Source of the DNA: Andalucia godoyi And28
Lineage: Eukaryota > Protista > Jakobida
NCBI GenBank assembly: GCA_009859145.1
Contig: VRVR01000011.1
Location: 312,756-376,755 of the forward strand
DNA: 64,000 bases
Reading direction: 5' to 3'
Shown piece after piece: positions 50,899 to 61,335 of this stretch. The notes under the pieces are model-generated. The model was given only the letters and a program-made list of their open reading frames with translations, was not told the origin of the DNA and did not search any database. Each line of letters begins with the position of its first letter. The first letter of the stretch is position 1. Position numbers and translations under genes: made by a program.

Positions 50899-53790
50899 AT
50901 GTCTGGCGGTGGTGGTGTGCACGCGACGAGTTTGAATGTGTACGACGACTTGTTTGTCGTTCCGAGCCGGTTCAAGATTCGCCACGTGACGGTGCATCCG
51001 TCTCGGTCGTGGGTTGCGTTTTCGGATGAGAACGACGATCTGTTCATGTACGAGTTTGCATCGCAGTGCAAGTCGCAAGATCCAGGAAACCTCTTTCTTG
51101 TGCCTCTATCTTCTCCGAATGGACAGAATTCGGAATCGCTGCTGCGCGTGCCGTTTTCATCGGACTATGTTGTGCCGTTTTCTTTTGCGCAGCACAGCAC
51201 AATCTCTGTTCTGGATGGGAAGGAGGTTTTCATGACGTCCGCTGCTGCTGGGGCGACTCCAGCGCAGACATCCAAAAATGTTGTGGGAAAGATCAGACAG
51301 ATTCTTTTCCACCCGAGCATTGCGCGCTTGGTGGTGCTGTGTGAGAATCGGCTGATCATTTATGACTTTGCATTCCCTGCAAGCCTGGAGCCGAAGGGGA
51401 ACGCATCAGCATCACCATCGCTGCTGCTTTCATCCTATGCTGATTCGCTTCGAAGACGGGAAGTCCTTCCGGAGGTCACTAAGCCGCTGACGAGCTTTGT
51501 GTTGCTGGGGTCGAAAGCAAACATCGCAGCAGTTGGTTGCGCAGACGGGCTTTTGAGGTTCATCAACTGTGATACAGGGACATTGGACGGGCTGCGTATT
51601 CCGCCCAATGGAACGAGCGGTGGATTGGAAAGCGGTGCCGGTCTCCCGCCTTCTGCATCTTCCCACGGTCTATCGACATCGTCATCGAGCTTGAAAATTT
51701 CCTCCAGTATGTCCTCCGTCAACCTCTCTGCAACGCACACTGGATCCACAACGTCTTCGGGAGCTGCTATGGGTGGCGCTGGAAACTATTCTGGTATCGT
51801 CCGATTGGCACTCTCGGATTCCGAGACTGCACTCTTTTCTTCGTACGCGGATGGATCCATTGTTTCGTATGAATTGAGGGACGACGATGATGAAGGAGAG
51901 GAAGAGAGATTTGATCATGAAGAAAAGGGATCCCTTGTTCCCTCTGCAGTAGTGCCACGAGCGCTTGCGGGTCCATCCGCAGTAGTTTCGTCCAAAGATC
52001 CGCAGGCTCTGATCACTCCTCCGGTGGTTTTTGTGGCTTTTCACTCGTATACTCGGTACTTGTTTTTGAGCGGAGCAGGCGTCGAAAACTGCACATTGAT
52101 CGCTCGAGATGTTTCTCAGAATTATCAGTTTGTCTGGAAGTATGCGCTGCCGTCCGCGAAGGGGCCTATTGTGGGAATGGCGCTGCTGTTTTCTTACGTC
52201 CTGATTGTCGGAAAGACATCAGCCATGGTCTTGCTGGACTGCCAGACTGGGCAGTTGGTGTGGGAATCGGAAGCACTGTTTCCACCGCACCAGCTCAAAG
52301 CAAAGAAGAAACCGAAGTGTTATCACGCAGATGTTCGTACCGACGGCGTGATTGCGCTTGCGGGTTCGACGGGACTGACAATTGTGAAGCTTCCTTGGAG
52401 ATACGCGGCACCAATGATGGGCGGAATGCCTGCAATAGGCCGCCATCGGAGAGATCTTTTCTATGTTGTTGGAAACTCCGTTTTCACTCGAAGGATTTCG
52501 ATCGAAACGGACAGCAAGGTGCGCATGTCGAAGCCCTTGCAGGTCTGCAAGTTTTCGGATCCACTGCCAATGCCAAAACCGGTGACAAGTGTGTCAGAAA
52601 TTGCACCCACTCGATGGATGAGCATGCAGAGTAGTGCCCTTTGGAGTGCCGCGTGTCCGCTGCATGCATTGTCACCGCTATCTCGTACGTTGCTGTGCAC
52701 CATGGAAAGCGGTCATCGCGGAATCGCCGTTTCTCCATCTCGTCGCTACATTTCCATCGGCTCCAGTATTTTTGAGATGGACAAAGGTGCTCTTGTATTC
52801 CATGCGCCAAATTGTGGGAACAATTCCCTCTGTGCTTGGCTGAGTTCATCGACGCAGGACTCCTTTGCACTCATTCTGGATACGAACATCTCGCTCGCGT
52901 CTGCGCCAGATTCGTCAAAGGATAAGAAGAAGAAGAATAAGAAGGATGCGAAAGACGCAGAAGCGACTTCAGAATCAATTCATCGTCTAGCGGTCATTTA
53001 TTCGATCCTCCCGGGAAAGGAAAGAGGGTCTCAAGTGCAGGAAGTTGCACGTGCGGACAAGATGCAGGACTGGTCCACGGTTTGCATTTACGGAGGGCCG
53101 GTGCTGTCTGCGTACACCCAGCGAGGTGACTTTTTATTCTTGTCTTACAAAGATGGCTCGATTATGTTCCATCTTCCGCTGTTTTCTCGTGCTCCGCCGC
53201 GTGGTGTCTTCTGGGGACAGTCAAAGGTTGCGATCGCACTCGATCATCGCGTTTACATCATCCATGCGCTTGCCGATTCCTCTGCAGTCCCTCCAACTTG
53301 TCTCCACCAGCAAGTGTACGACTGCCTCTGGATTGGTGATTCACTGTTGTTCTACATCACCTCGAAAGACATTCGTTTGCACGGGTTCATTCCCCGGAAA
53401 GCAGGAATCTCTAACCTGCTTGGCGCGTCCAACGAACCGGCGTTTACCGAATTCGACGTGTCTCTGATTTCCCATGAGAAAGAGGCGGTTGTCCTGACGC
53501 CATTCGTTCCTCTTGCAACCGTTCCAGTCGAATACGCGTCGTCCGGATTTTCGTCCGGGCTGTCTCCAGGTTCTGCAAAGACTCTCGCTGGCATCCCGCT
53601 AGGACAGCCTCTGAAGTTTGCGTCCTCCCTCATCCACGACACAATCTTCCTTTCGGACTTGGGATTCCGGCTGTATCCCATCCGCATCAAGGATCCCGAG
53701 TTGAAAATGAAGATTGCACAAACGCTTTCGGCCGCTCAAGATGTTCCCATCAATTTCAAAGACTGGGAAGGCTTTGTCTCATCCCGATGA
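50899..53790 (+). CDS. Double beta-propeller coat-like protein, TWD40/TTRAY (TSET/TPLATE complex)-like
   Basis: KIRHVTVHPSRSWVAFSDEND, GKIRQILF, LVVLCENRLI, AAVGCADGLLRFI resemble plant TWD40-2/TTRAY N-termini as I recall them; alpha/beta'-COP relatives not excluded. Confidence 0.6.
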   Translation: MSGGGGVHATSLNVYDDLFVVPSRFKIRHVTVHPSRSWVAFSDENDDLFMYEFASQCKSQDPGNLFLVPLSSPNGQNSESLLRVPFSSDYVVPFSFAQHSTISVLDGKEVFMTSAAAGATPAQTSKNVVGKIRQILFHPSIARLVVLCENRLIIYDFAFPASLEPKGNASASPSLLLSSYADSLRRREVLPEVTKPLTSFVLLGSKANIAAVGCADGLLRFINCDTGTLDGLRIPPNGTSGGLESGAGLPPSASSHGLSTSSSSLKISSSMSSVNLSATHTGSTTSSGAAMGGAGNYSGIVRLALSDSETALFSSYADGSIVSYELRDDDDEGEEERFDHEEKGSLVPSAVVPRALAGPSAVVSSKDPQALITPPVVFVAFHSYTRYLFLSGAGVENCTLIARDVSQNYQFVWKYALPSAKGPIVGMALLFSYVLIVGKTSAMVLLDCQTGQLVWESEALFPPHQLKAKKKPKCYHADVRTDGVIALAGSTGLTIVKLPWRYAAPMMGGMPAIGRHRRDLFYVVGNSVFTRRISIETDSKVRMSKPLQVCKFSDPLPMPKPVTSVSEIAPTRWMSMQSSALWSAACPLHALSPLSRTLLCTMESGHRGIAVSPSRRYISIGSSIFEMDKGALVFHAPNCGNNSLCAWLSSSTQDSFALILDTNISLASAPDSSKDKKKKNKKDAKDAEATSESIHRLAVIYSILPGKERGSQVQEVARADKMQDWSTVCIYGGPVLSAYTQRGDFLFLSYKDGSIMFHLPLFSRAPPRGVFWGQSKVAIALDHRVYIIHALADSSAVPPTCLHQQVYDCLWIGDSLLFYITSKDIRLHGFIPRKAGISNLLGASNEPAFTEFDVSLISHEKEAVVLTPFVPLATVPVEYASSGFSSGLSPGSAKTLAGIPLGQPLKFASSLIHDTIFLSDLGFRLYPIRIKDPELKMKIAQTLSAAQDVPINFKDWEGFVSSR

Positions 53791-53939
53791 TGAAGATACA
53801 ACCGACGGACAAGGACAGGTAAGAAAAAAAATAATAAATAAAATAATAATAGTGATGGATGATACAGCATTTGTGTAGAAATTTCGCAATACACAATCGA
53901 AATGCGGTATCACTCAAACTCTCTGCTTTGCAAGATCCT

Positions 53940-56396
53940 TCACTTTTGAGAGTCCCCCGAGCTTTTCCGTAATGTTATCGTCACGGCGTTTTCAAGCACG
54001 GCATCCAGTTCCGCATCATCCAGCGATTCTTCCGTAGGAGGCATGCCTTCGATGACAAGCCTGAGGTACAGACGAAGCGACCGCCGAAAATACGGTAGCA
54101 TGTCGGAGTCCGACACTGCTCGAAGAAAGGCAACGGGGAGCCGCGGGACCAACAAGTCGTGGAGGATCTTCATTTTCCTCTTGCTTTTGAACTTGTGCGA
54201 CTCGCTTTGAACATGGTCAGGCAAGTACGCATCGAATATCTCAAACAGATAGGAACGGGCGAGCTCATCCGACCCAAGGGAGCGCATTTCCTGCACAACA
54301 GCAAGCCGGGTCTGCCACGAGATGTCTGCATTTTTCATTCGCATCACCGCCAAACACTCGAGCAAAAAACCTTCTTCTCTGGTCCGAGCTGCCGTCTTGA
54401 TCCACGCTCGTTCTTGTTCGTCGGACCACAACGTTCGCAAGGTTCCTTGCAAGAATGGAGTGACAAAATGCTCGACAATGAAGATGCGAAACAGCCCTAA
54501 TCGGACATCCAACAGTGTTGACCGCAAGCTTATGCACCAATCAAGGCCAGCGGCAAACAATCGAGATCGCAGTTCGTCGTCCTGTGAATACACAATCATT
54601 GCATCCGCTAACGTTTCATCGGTAGCCGCATTGCCAGCTGCCTGAATACCGCTCTTGCTGGACAAGAATCCAATCATGCGAAATGCACGAACTGCATCCG
54701 GAAACGACTTGACATCCCTGCAGAACACCAGCGCCTGCAGCCGCAAAAAACGAACATCGTGCAGTGGCAGGATGTTCAGCTGCATGAAAAAACGTAAAAT
54801 ATCACCAACCGCAACGTCTGATGCCTCTTCCGCGTATGCTAGTTCCAAGAATCCAAGCAGCAGCTTCTGATCCAAAAGCCGGAGAATATGCAGTCGATCC
54901 GAAAGTATGATATCCGCGTCCGGATGGTCGACATTTCGTTCGTCCACTTCGACGGGAGGCTTCAAGGATCCTGTCATGAAATCTTCGGAAGATTCAAAGA
55001 ACTTTTCTTCCATTTCCTGCACGTTATCCATGGAATTCAGTTCACTGATGTCCGCTTGGCGAAAGGGAGAAGACAGCGTAGCATTCAGTCCTGTTTCCAG
55101 CGATGAGCACGCAATGGCGAACAGGTACTTTGCTCCTTCATACCATCTGACCTGCAAGCACTGCGTCATGACAATGTTGAAGCACCGTGGCGACACTGCA
55201 GTTCCATTGCGATGCAGCAACTCGATGATTTCGACTCCTTGGGCTGGCGAAACACCTGGAAGCAGCATTTCGTACACTGTTGAATGGCCAAACGGCATGG
55301 AAACGACGCCCGTTCCAGCCGAAGACCCGGCTGTGACACGTCTCCGCAGATCGCGAACCAGCAACAATGCAACATCGTAGTACCCGATCTTGCAGAAAAT
55401 TCCCGCGAGCGTCTCCGTGACGATGTTGGACGAGCGCACGTCCGGTTCTGAAATACACATAAACACAGACAGTGCATCGATCAGACCCTTTTCGTCGAGC
55501 ACTCGCTGCATCAGTACTGCATACGCCTCGGCACGCCTCCGCGGGTTATCCGCAAACAATCCGTCGCACAGGATCTGGAGCGATTCTGAAAACTTCTTGT
55601 GCTTCAAGCACATCTTCATAATCACATCGCCGGTCTCCATATCGACAGGAAACTCGCCGACGTCTTTCTCCACGGCCCACTCGCTCAGAAATGTGTCCAT
55701 GTCTCCAGCATCCGTAGCGCCCGGATCTCCCACTTCTTCTGCATCCACTTCTGCATCCGCATCGCGGCCACGTCCACGGCCATCGACATTGCCGCCAGTG
55801 CCAATACCAGTACCAGCACCAGCAGCATTTGTTGCGGGAGTTGCAAGTCGGGCAGAGCCCGGTGTGGAAAGCCTAGTATTATAAAACTCGAGAATGGACT
55901 CGTAGTTTGCCCACATTTGATCAAACGCATCGAACTTCGCATACCCGAGGATAAGGACCTTGTATGTCATGTAGTCCGGTCGAAAAGATGCTTCTTTCAA
56001 GATCTGTTCTGCATCGTGCAGTGAATGTCCCTGAAAAAGCGCGCTGGCCAAGAAGAAGTTGTAGTCCACCGTCGACACTTCGACATCTTCCGACTTTGCA
56101 TCCAGCGCACCCTGGACGATCTTCTCTCGCGCAGCCGCCGCAAGATTGCGCCGCGCTTCAAATGCATTCTTCATCGACTCGTACGGATCGCGCAGCCGTA
56201 GAAAAAGCATTCGCGACTGCACACTCGCAGACATCCGCTCTTCCTCCGGCAAAAAGTCGTACAGCGACACTGCCAATTTTCGCTCATCTCGCAAAATCGC
56301 CTGGTTGAACTGCTCCACAAGCAGCGAAAACCTGCGCCGACCGCTGTTCCACCACTGCAATCGAGACAATCCCCGCCCGATCATCGCCATCGCCAT
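53940..56396 (-). CDS. Pentatricopeptide-repeat protein, probably mitochondrial
   Basis: Arg-rich presequence-like N-terminus (MAMAMIGRGLSRLQWWNSGRRRFSLL); PPR-like motifs (VDYNFFL, RPDYMTYKVLILGYAK, SPRCFNIVMTQC). Confidence 0.75.
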   Translation of the reverse strand: MAMAMIGRGLSRLQWWNSGRRRFSLLVEQFNQAILRDERKLAVSLYDFLPEEERMSASVQSRMLFLRLRDPYESMKNAFEARRNLAAAAREKIVQGALDAKSEDVEVSTVDYNFFLASALFQGHSLHDAEQILKEASFRPDYMTYKVLILGYAKFDAFDQMWANYESILEFYNTRLSTPGSARLATPATNAAGAGTGIGTGGNVDGRGRGRDADAEVDAEEVGDPGATDAGDMDTFLSEWAVEKDVGEFPVDMETGDVIMKMCLKHKKFSESLQILCDGLFADNPRRRAEAYAVLMQRVLDEKGLIDALSVFMCISEPDVRSSNIVTETLAGIFCKIGYYDVALLLVRDLRRRVTAGSSAGTGVVSMPFGHSTVYEMLLPGVSPAQGVEIIELLHRNGTAVSPRCFNIVMTQCLQVRWYEGAKYLFAIACSSLETGLNATLSSPFRQADISELNSMDNVQEMEEKFFESSEDFMTGSLKPPVEVDERNVDHPDADIILSDRLHILRLLDQKLLLGFLELAYAEEASDVAVGDILRFFMQLNILPLHDVRFLRLQALVFCRDVKSFPDAVRAFRMIGFLSSKSGIQAAGNAATDETLADAMIVYSQDDELRSRLFAAGLDWCISLRSTLLDVRLGLFRIFIVEHFVTPFLQGTLRTLWSDEQERAWIKTAARTREEGFLLECLAVMRMKNADISWQTRLAVVQEMRSLGSDELARSYLFEIFDAYLPDHVQSESHKFKSKRKMKILHDLLVPRLPVAFLRAVSDSDMLPYFRRSLRLYLRLVIEGMPPTEESLDDAELDAVLENAVTITLRKSSGDSQK

Positions 56397-56454
56397 CCAA
56401 ACTCCAAACTCCAAACTCCAAACTCCAAACTCCAAACTCCAAACTCCAAACTCC
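56396..56454. repeat. Tandem 7-mer (ACTCCAA)x~8
   Basis: Directly visible, abutting the PPR start codon. Confidence 0.9.
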
Positions 56455-56611
56455 GAGCTCCAGACTCGTCACAAGCTTGTCATACCCTGCTGCTCCGTCT
56501 CGGTTGAATTCTGCTCCTTTTTCTATTTCTCTTCTATTTTTTTTAATTAATTAATTATAAAAAACAAAATAAATTAATTAACTAATTAATAGTAACAATA
56601 TTAATCCTGAC

Positions 56612-58867
56612 CATGGAGACGTTGGTTAATCGGTTAACCGGTTAACCTAATAACCAATAACCAGACTGACCTTGGGCTTGGTTACTAGTTAAAAGTGGTT
56701 ACACTACGGTAGATTTCCTTTATTCGCTAAGAATCTGCTACATCTACGATGTCCACGAAGTCATCGCCACCATCTTCTGAAGCACTGATCTCTGTAATAT
56801 CTCGCTTGATAGACGCTACCACGTCTCTCATGACACGGCGTCCATTCAATCTGATCATCAACTCAGCATCTAGCAAGTCAAAGGAGATGTTGTGTCTTCC
56901 GTCGACAAGTTGGCCTTGAACAGAGAATGTCCGTTCCACATCGGCCTGCGTGCAGCCGACTTCTGATAAAGCTAGCACAGGACCAGCGATCAGAACATCC
57001 CGATTGAAAGCTGCAAAGTCCAAAAGGAGACGAAATCATTCTCGTATTCTTCCAAACAGCCGAATGCATTCGAACGCATCCTGTACTCCGCCAATTCACG
57101 TTCTACCTGTGCCTTGATTTCCCCTCGTCGTCGTGAAAGCACAGCAGCAGGCGGGTCCTCTTTTTGAAGAGCAAATCCAAGACAAAAATCGACAGTCTTC
57201 CGAAAAGCATTCGCTTCCAAACCTGCAATGTTGAGATCTCTGCGCTTCACTGGATCGAGAAATGCCAGAATTGTAGACAATAATGAATGATTGAGGTTTG
57301 AACTCCAGCGGGCAGTGTACGCATTGATGACCGCGTTGCAGAGTTGTATTTTCAGGGAATCTTGGGAAGCATCTCGGATCTCTGTGACTTCACGACCTGC
57401 TTTCGCCAAGACGTCCCACAGAGAAATCGCTTGGAAAGCTTCGGCTTGCACGGTGTCCGTAGCGCAAGCAAAGGGCTTCATCGCAGTGCAGAAGGCAGTC
57501 AACTTGTTCTTCCACTCTTCAGAGCAGAACTGATTGGCTACGGAAGTACCACCTATTGCACTGGAATAGGCGTTCCAGCGATCAAGAACACGTCTTGCAG
57601 CGTTATAATGAGAGTTCCAGCGAACATCAATGGGCTTGACGATCTTCAAAGGAGTTATAGCAGGTTGAATAACCTGCACCGCATGGAAAATCTTTGCAAC
57701 TTCCTGCTGTCTGAATGGTGCGAGAGATGCTGACATCTGCTGCATAAAGTCAGGAATCTGCTGGGTAATTGCGTCTTTCACAATCAACTGAATCGAGTGT
57801 GCAGCACAGCGGACGAAAAATGCCCATGGGCGAAATTGTGCTATGTATGATTCAATCCCGCGAACGAAATTAGCTCCATTGTCAGAACAAAAGGAAACCA
57901 CTGTCACCCTGCCACCGCGCTCGATGTCTTCAACAATCTCTTTTAGGATAGCACAGATCCTGTCTCCTGTTAAAGACTCTGTTAACAGAAGACCTTTGTA
58001 GTAGTACGATTGGTTTCCCACAACAACGCAGAAATTCAGCCACGATCCGTTTGTATTGTCAGCCTGGGTCGAATCGCACATGAGACAAGCAGCGTAAGAG
58101 CTCTTCACAATTTTCTCGACCTCAGACCGCACTTCTGCTGCCAGACTCCGTACTTCGGACTTCATTGTCTGTTCCGACATATGCACACCAAACGCTTGTC
58201 TGAAAGACTCGTTTCGCAACAACTTGTAAGACAAACGATTGTCGGCAAAAGCGAAAGCAATCAATGTTTTCCGTTCCGCTTGATTCTTCTTCATTCGTTC
58301 AAACAATGTCGGTAAATTGGAAGACGAACCAGAAATGGTTCTCGACATTTCAACGGGAGCAGACATTGCATGGGCATGCTGCAAATGATAAGCACAATTC
58401 GAAGTTTGGAAACGAATTTGGTATGTCTTTTCATCATGTGCGCACAGCAGACATCGCGCTTGTTGGGCACCATTTACAACGAAATAGGACGCCACCCAAG
58501 AACGGCATTTGTCCGCCACCATGAATCCTTCCGTTGCAAGAAGAGCGATGAGTGCTTTCTTTCGATCGGCAGTCAAAACGGACATTTGAGAAAGGCGGTG
58601 AAAACCGAAAAGTCACTTTTTTTGAGAATTTCGTCACTAGAAAATGGAAATGCTGGAAAACAGGACAGCAGAGATGGAAAGTCGAGCGAAGGGCTTGGTG
58701 CGATGGCAAGGAACTCAGGGCTCAGGTCCTCTTCAAATGGCGTGATCACCACATTTGGCTGATTCAATGATCTGGATTGATGCCTTCTGGCCACAGCTAA
58801 CCGGTTGTTAACCGTTAATAACCAATAACCGACTCTTCGCCGGTTAGCGTTAACCAGGGTCTCCCTG
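56612..58867 (-). mobile_element. Full-length hAT DNA transposon (2,256 bp)
   Basis: Perfect 8-bp TSD ATCCTGAC at 56604-56611 and 58868-58875. TIRs CATGGAGACGTTGGTTAA (56612-29) and revcomp CAGGGAGACCCTGGTTAA (58850-67) match at 15/18. Many GGTTAA/TAACC subterminal repeats; internal transposase. Confidence 0.95.
56727..58585 (-). pseudogene. hAT transposase with a single -1 frameshift near 56990-57035
   Basis: BED finger (ARCLLC..CAYHLQHAH), MCDST, SDNGAN, CAAH and VRWNS lie in ORF 58585-56990. The catalytic-Glu motif ADVERTFS and the C-terminus lie in the -1 frame, ending at 56727. Confidence 0.85.
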
Positions 58868-58973
58868 ATCCTGACAATTGGACGGACATTCAAAAATTAC
58901 GAGCTTGATGCTAGCATGAGAAAAGGCCTTTTGCATCAAGCCATTTCGCCTCCTACTACGGGCGGTATATTTC

Positions 58974-59435
58974 CTAGTGGTCGAGAGGGATTTCTCGGAG
59001 GTCTCGGAAGCGGTAGCACGCGAGCTCGCCGACGACGAATGCTACTGCGGATGCAGCGAAGAAGACGACCCACCAGATCCAGTTTACAGGCGGTGCGCCA
59101 CTGATTGCGCACGCAAGGACAAAATGGACGAGAACAAGGGTGAGCGCATAGTCCCAGATCTTGGCGGTTGATTTGACGACGGCGAACAGCAAGATGGGTT
59201 CGATGCATAGAAAAGCGATCAAGTACGACACAAACCCCACGAGCTGCGCAGATGATGAGACTCCAAATGTTGACGATGCATAGTCGAATGGCTCCCGGCC
59301 GCTGTACGACGCAATCTCTCCAAACGACGCACTCACAATGACTGTAATTGCGTAAAATGCTGTGTAAAACAAAGTCAGAAACACAGCAAGAACGCGCACC
59401 ACGACCCGCGTATCCGAGTCAGACACTTTAGACAT
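58974..59435 (-). CDS. SYS1: SYS1-like Golgi integral membrane protein
   Basis: Four TM helices, KIWDYALTLVLVHF, WWV, C-terminal RDLREIPL. Likely start at ATG 59435. Confidence 0.75.
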   Translation of the reverse strand: MSKVSDSDTRVVVRVLAVFLTLFYTAFYAITVIVSASFGEIASYSGREPFDYASSTFGVSSSAQLVGFVSYLIAFLCIEPILLFAVVKSTAKIWDYALTLVLVHFVLACAISGAPPVNWIWWVVFFAASAVAFVVGELACYRFRDLREIPLDH

Positions 59436-59714
59436 TTTCTCTTCTTTTGTTCTCCAGTCGAATCCTCGCTTGTGCGGAGGACCCAAAAAGATATCTCTAT
59501 ATATAATAATAATAAAACAAAACAAAAAACAAGACCAGACCAAATAAACAGCAAAGAACCATTCGAGCTGGGAAAATCTTTTGGACCGTTTTCGAATTGA
59601 TTTGGCCGTTTGATGCAGGGAAGTGAAGGGGTGATGCTAGACAAAAAATAATAATAAAATGGAAAATCGAAATGTTTTTTTAAAATTAAAACTTGTCGTA
59701 CGAACTACGGATAC

Positions 59715-60209
59715 TCATGTGCAGTCTTCGAGAGTGGTGTCGGAGCAGTTGTCGACGTGTTCGGCGAGGATGTCGAAAACTCTGCGGATGTTGAGCGGTG
59801 AGACAGAACACTTGATGATGGAGTGTTTGACGCTGATGTCGATGGACCATCGTTTTTGCAAGCGCGAACAGTCCCGCGGATACCATCGTAGATCCCACAA
59901 GGCAGACCCCCATATCCGCGCCTTCCCGCTCCAAAACGTCATTTTCCGAAGCACGACTTTGCGAATCGATCTGTAGGGGATCGTCCGAGAGCCCCCCAAT
60001 GGCATGTAGTATCCATGAACAATTATCTCACTTCCCGTCAGCGTGCATGTCGCATCCCGATACACGACACTCGGACTGCTGCCGCCGCCACGCGGACTGC
60101 TGTGGCCGTGCTGATGACTGCCCGTCGCTAGAGAATCCTCACTCTCCATCATCTCGTCAACACTCTCTGCTTTCATCTTGAAAACACTCTTACTCTTGAT
60201 CACAGACAC
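59715..60209 (-). CDS. Small PH-like beta protein resembling actinobacterial hypothetical proteins
   Basis: VVYRDATCTLTGSEIIVHGYYMPLGGSRTIPYRSI...GKARIWGS...WYPRD..R; intronless. Confidence 0.6.
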   Translation of the reverse strand: MSVIKSKSVFKMKAESVDEMMESEDSLATGSHQHGHSSPRGGGSSPSVVYRDATCTLTGSEIIVHGYYMPLGGSRTIPYRSIRKVVLRKMTFWSGKARIWGSALWDLRWYPRDCSRLQKRWSIDISVKHSIIKCSVSPLNIRRVFDILAEHVDNCSDTTLEDCT

Positions 60210-60537
60210 TGGATTTTCTCTTTCCTCTTTTCTCTTATTTTCCGTCTTTCCCGGTCCGTTTTAATGCAGCCAGTACTTTTTTCTTTCTTTCCTGATTTCC
60301 ATCTGCATCCATGCTCACGAATCCTTTTTTTTTAAGGGGGGAGAGGGTTGCGCAGCATCATGTGATGCAACGAATGCCATTTTTTTTTCTTCTCTCTCTT
60401 CTCCCGCGCATTTCCGTCCTTTCATTTGCGAGCTGCCCGATTCTCAGGAAAGCAATGTGAAACAGCAATACAGACAGGCAACGTAGCATCAGTCAAGGGC
60501 GGTTGAGAGGAAAAAGAAAGAGGAAGAGAAACGAGTC

Positions 60538-61335
60538 ATGGCGGAGAATCGTCGGTCTTATTACAGCGTGTTGGGAGTGGAGCAGGACGCGAGTCCCGAG
60601 GTGATCCGCCGAGCGTTTCTGACTCTGAGTCGTCGTCTGCATCCAGACAAGCGCACAGCGCCGTCAGGCAAACAGCAGCAACATCAACGAGCAGCCGCAG
60701 GTGCAGCCGCAGGAGGAGAAGAAGGGGTGGAAGACGAAAGGGAAGAAGAAGGGGGAGAGACAGGAAGGGAGATGGCGTTGGTGAACGAGGCGTACGAGGT
60801 GCTTCGAGACGCAGATCGTCGTCGGATGTACGACTTGTACGGCAGCATGGACGGGAATGATCTGATTGGAATGATGATGCAAAAGCAACAGCAGGAGGCG
60901 CGGCTGAGTGCGGCTGATGTGGCATCGTACATGAAGAAGCGGGAGGGGGCGGCGGGTGCGGATGGCGAGTATGTGCTGAGTGCAGAGGAAGAGAAGGACG
61001 TCGAGGAGCACTTTGTCCCGTGCAAGGGCTCCATGGCTCGCTTGCGTCAGGTTGTCGTCGGACTGGAAAAACACTCGCGAAAAGCATTCGAACGCGCCAT
61101 CGCACAGAAGATTGCAATCGGGACGCTTCCGGACCTCGACACTTTCTGGTCCTCTGCAAAATACGTCAACCGTCCATCTTCGACTCATTCCTCCTCCTTT
61201 TCGTCGTCGTCGTCACCATCATCATCAATCAGGAGCGATGCTGCTACTCAACAAGCTGCGCAGCAAGACAAGAACGTTCCTTATGAGGCCCCGCATGCGG
61301 GCCCAAAGCCGAAGAAACACAAGTTGCGCACCTAG
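60538..61335 (+). CDS. DNAJC9: J-domain protein, DNAJC9-like
   Basis: YYSVLGV, LHPDKR, VNEAYEVL..ADRRRMYDLYG; YVLSAEEEKDV..CKGSM and IAIGTLP resemble DNAJC9. Confidence 0.75.
   Translation: MAENRRSYYSVLGVEQDASPEVIRRAFLTLSRRLHPDKRTAPSGKQQQHQRAAAGAAAGGEEGVEDEREEEGGETGREMALVNEAYEVLRDADRRRMYDLYGSMDGNDLIGMMMQKQQQEARLSAADVASYMKKREGAAGADGEYVLSAEEEKDVEEHFVPCKGSMARLRQVVVGLEKHSRKAFERAIAQKIAIGTLPDLDTFWSSAKYVNRPSSTHSSSFSSSSSPSSSIRSDAATQQAAQQDKNVPYEAPHAGPKPKKHKLRT

Noticed and set aside
56396-56454. Interstitial telomeric repeat
   Set aside because: The TTTGGAG unit does not match TTAGGG or TTTAGGG-type repeats, and there is no evidence of this organism's telomere sequence.
56990-57035. Programmed -1 ribosomal frameshift or tiny intron in the hAT transposase
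   Set aside because: No X-XXY-YYZ slippery heptamer in frame, and no GT..AG removal that restores the frame; a 1-bp deletion is simpler.
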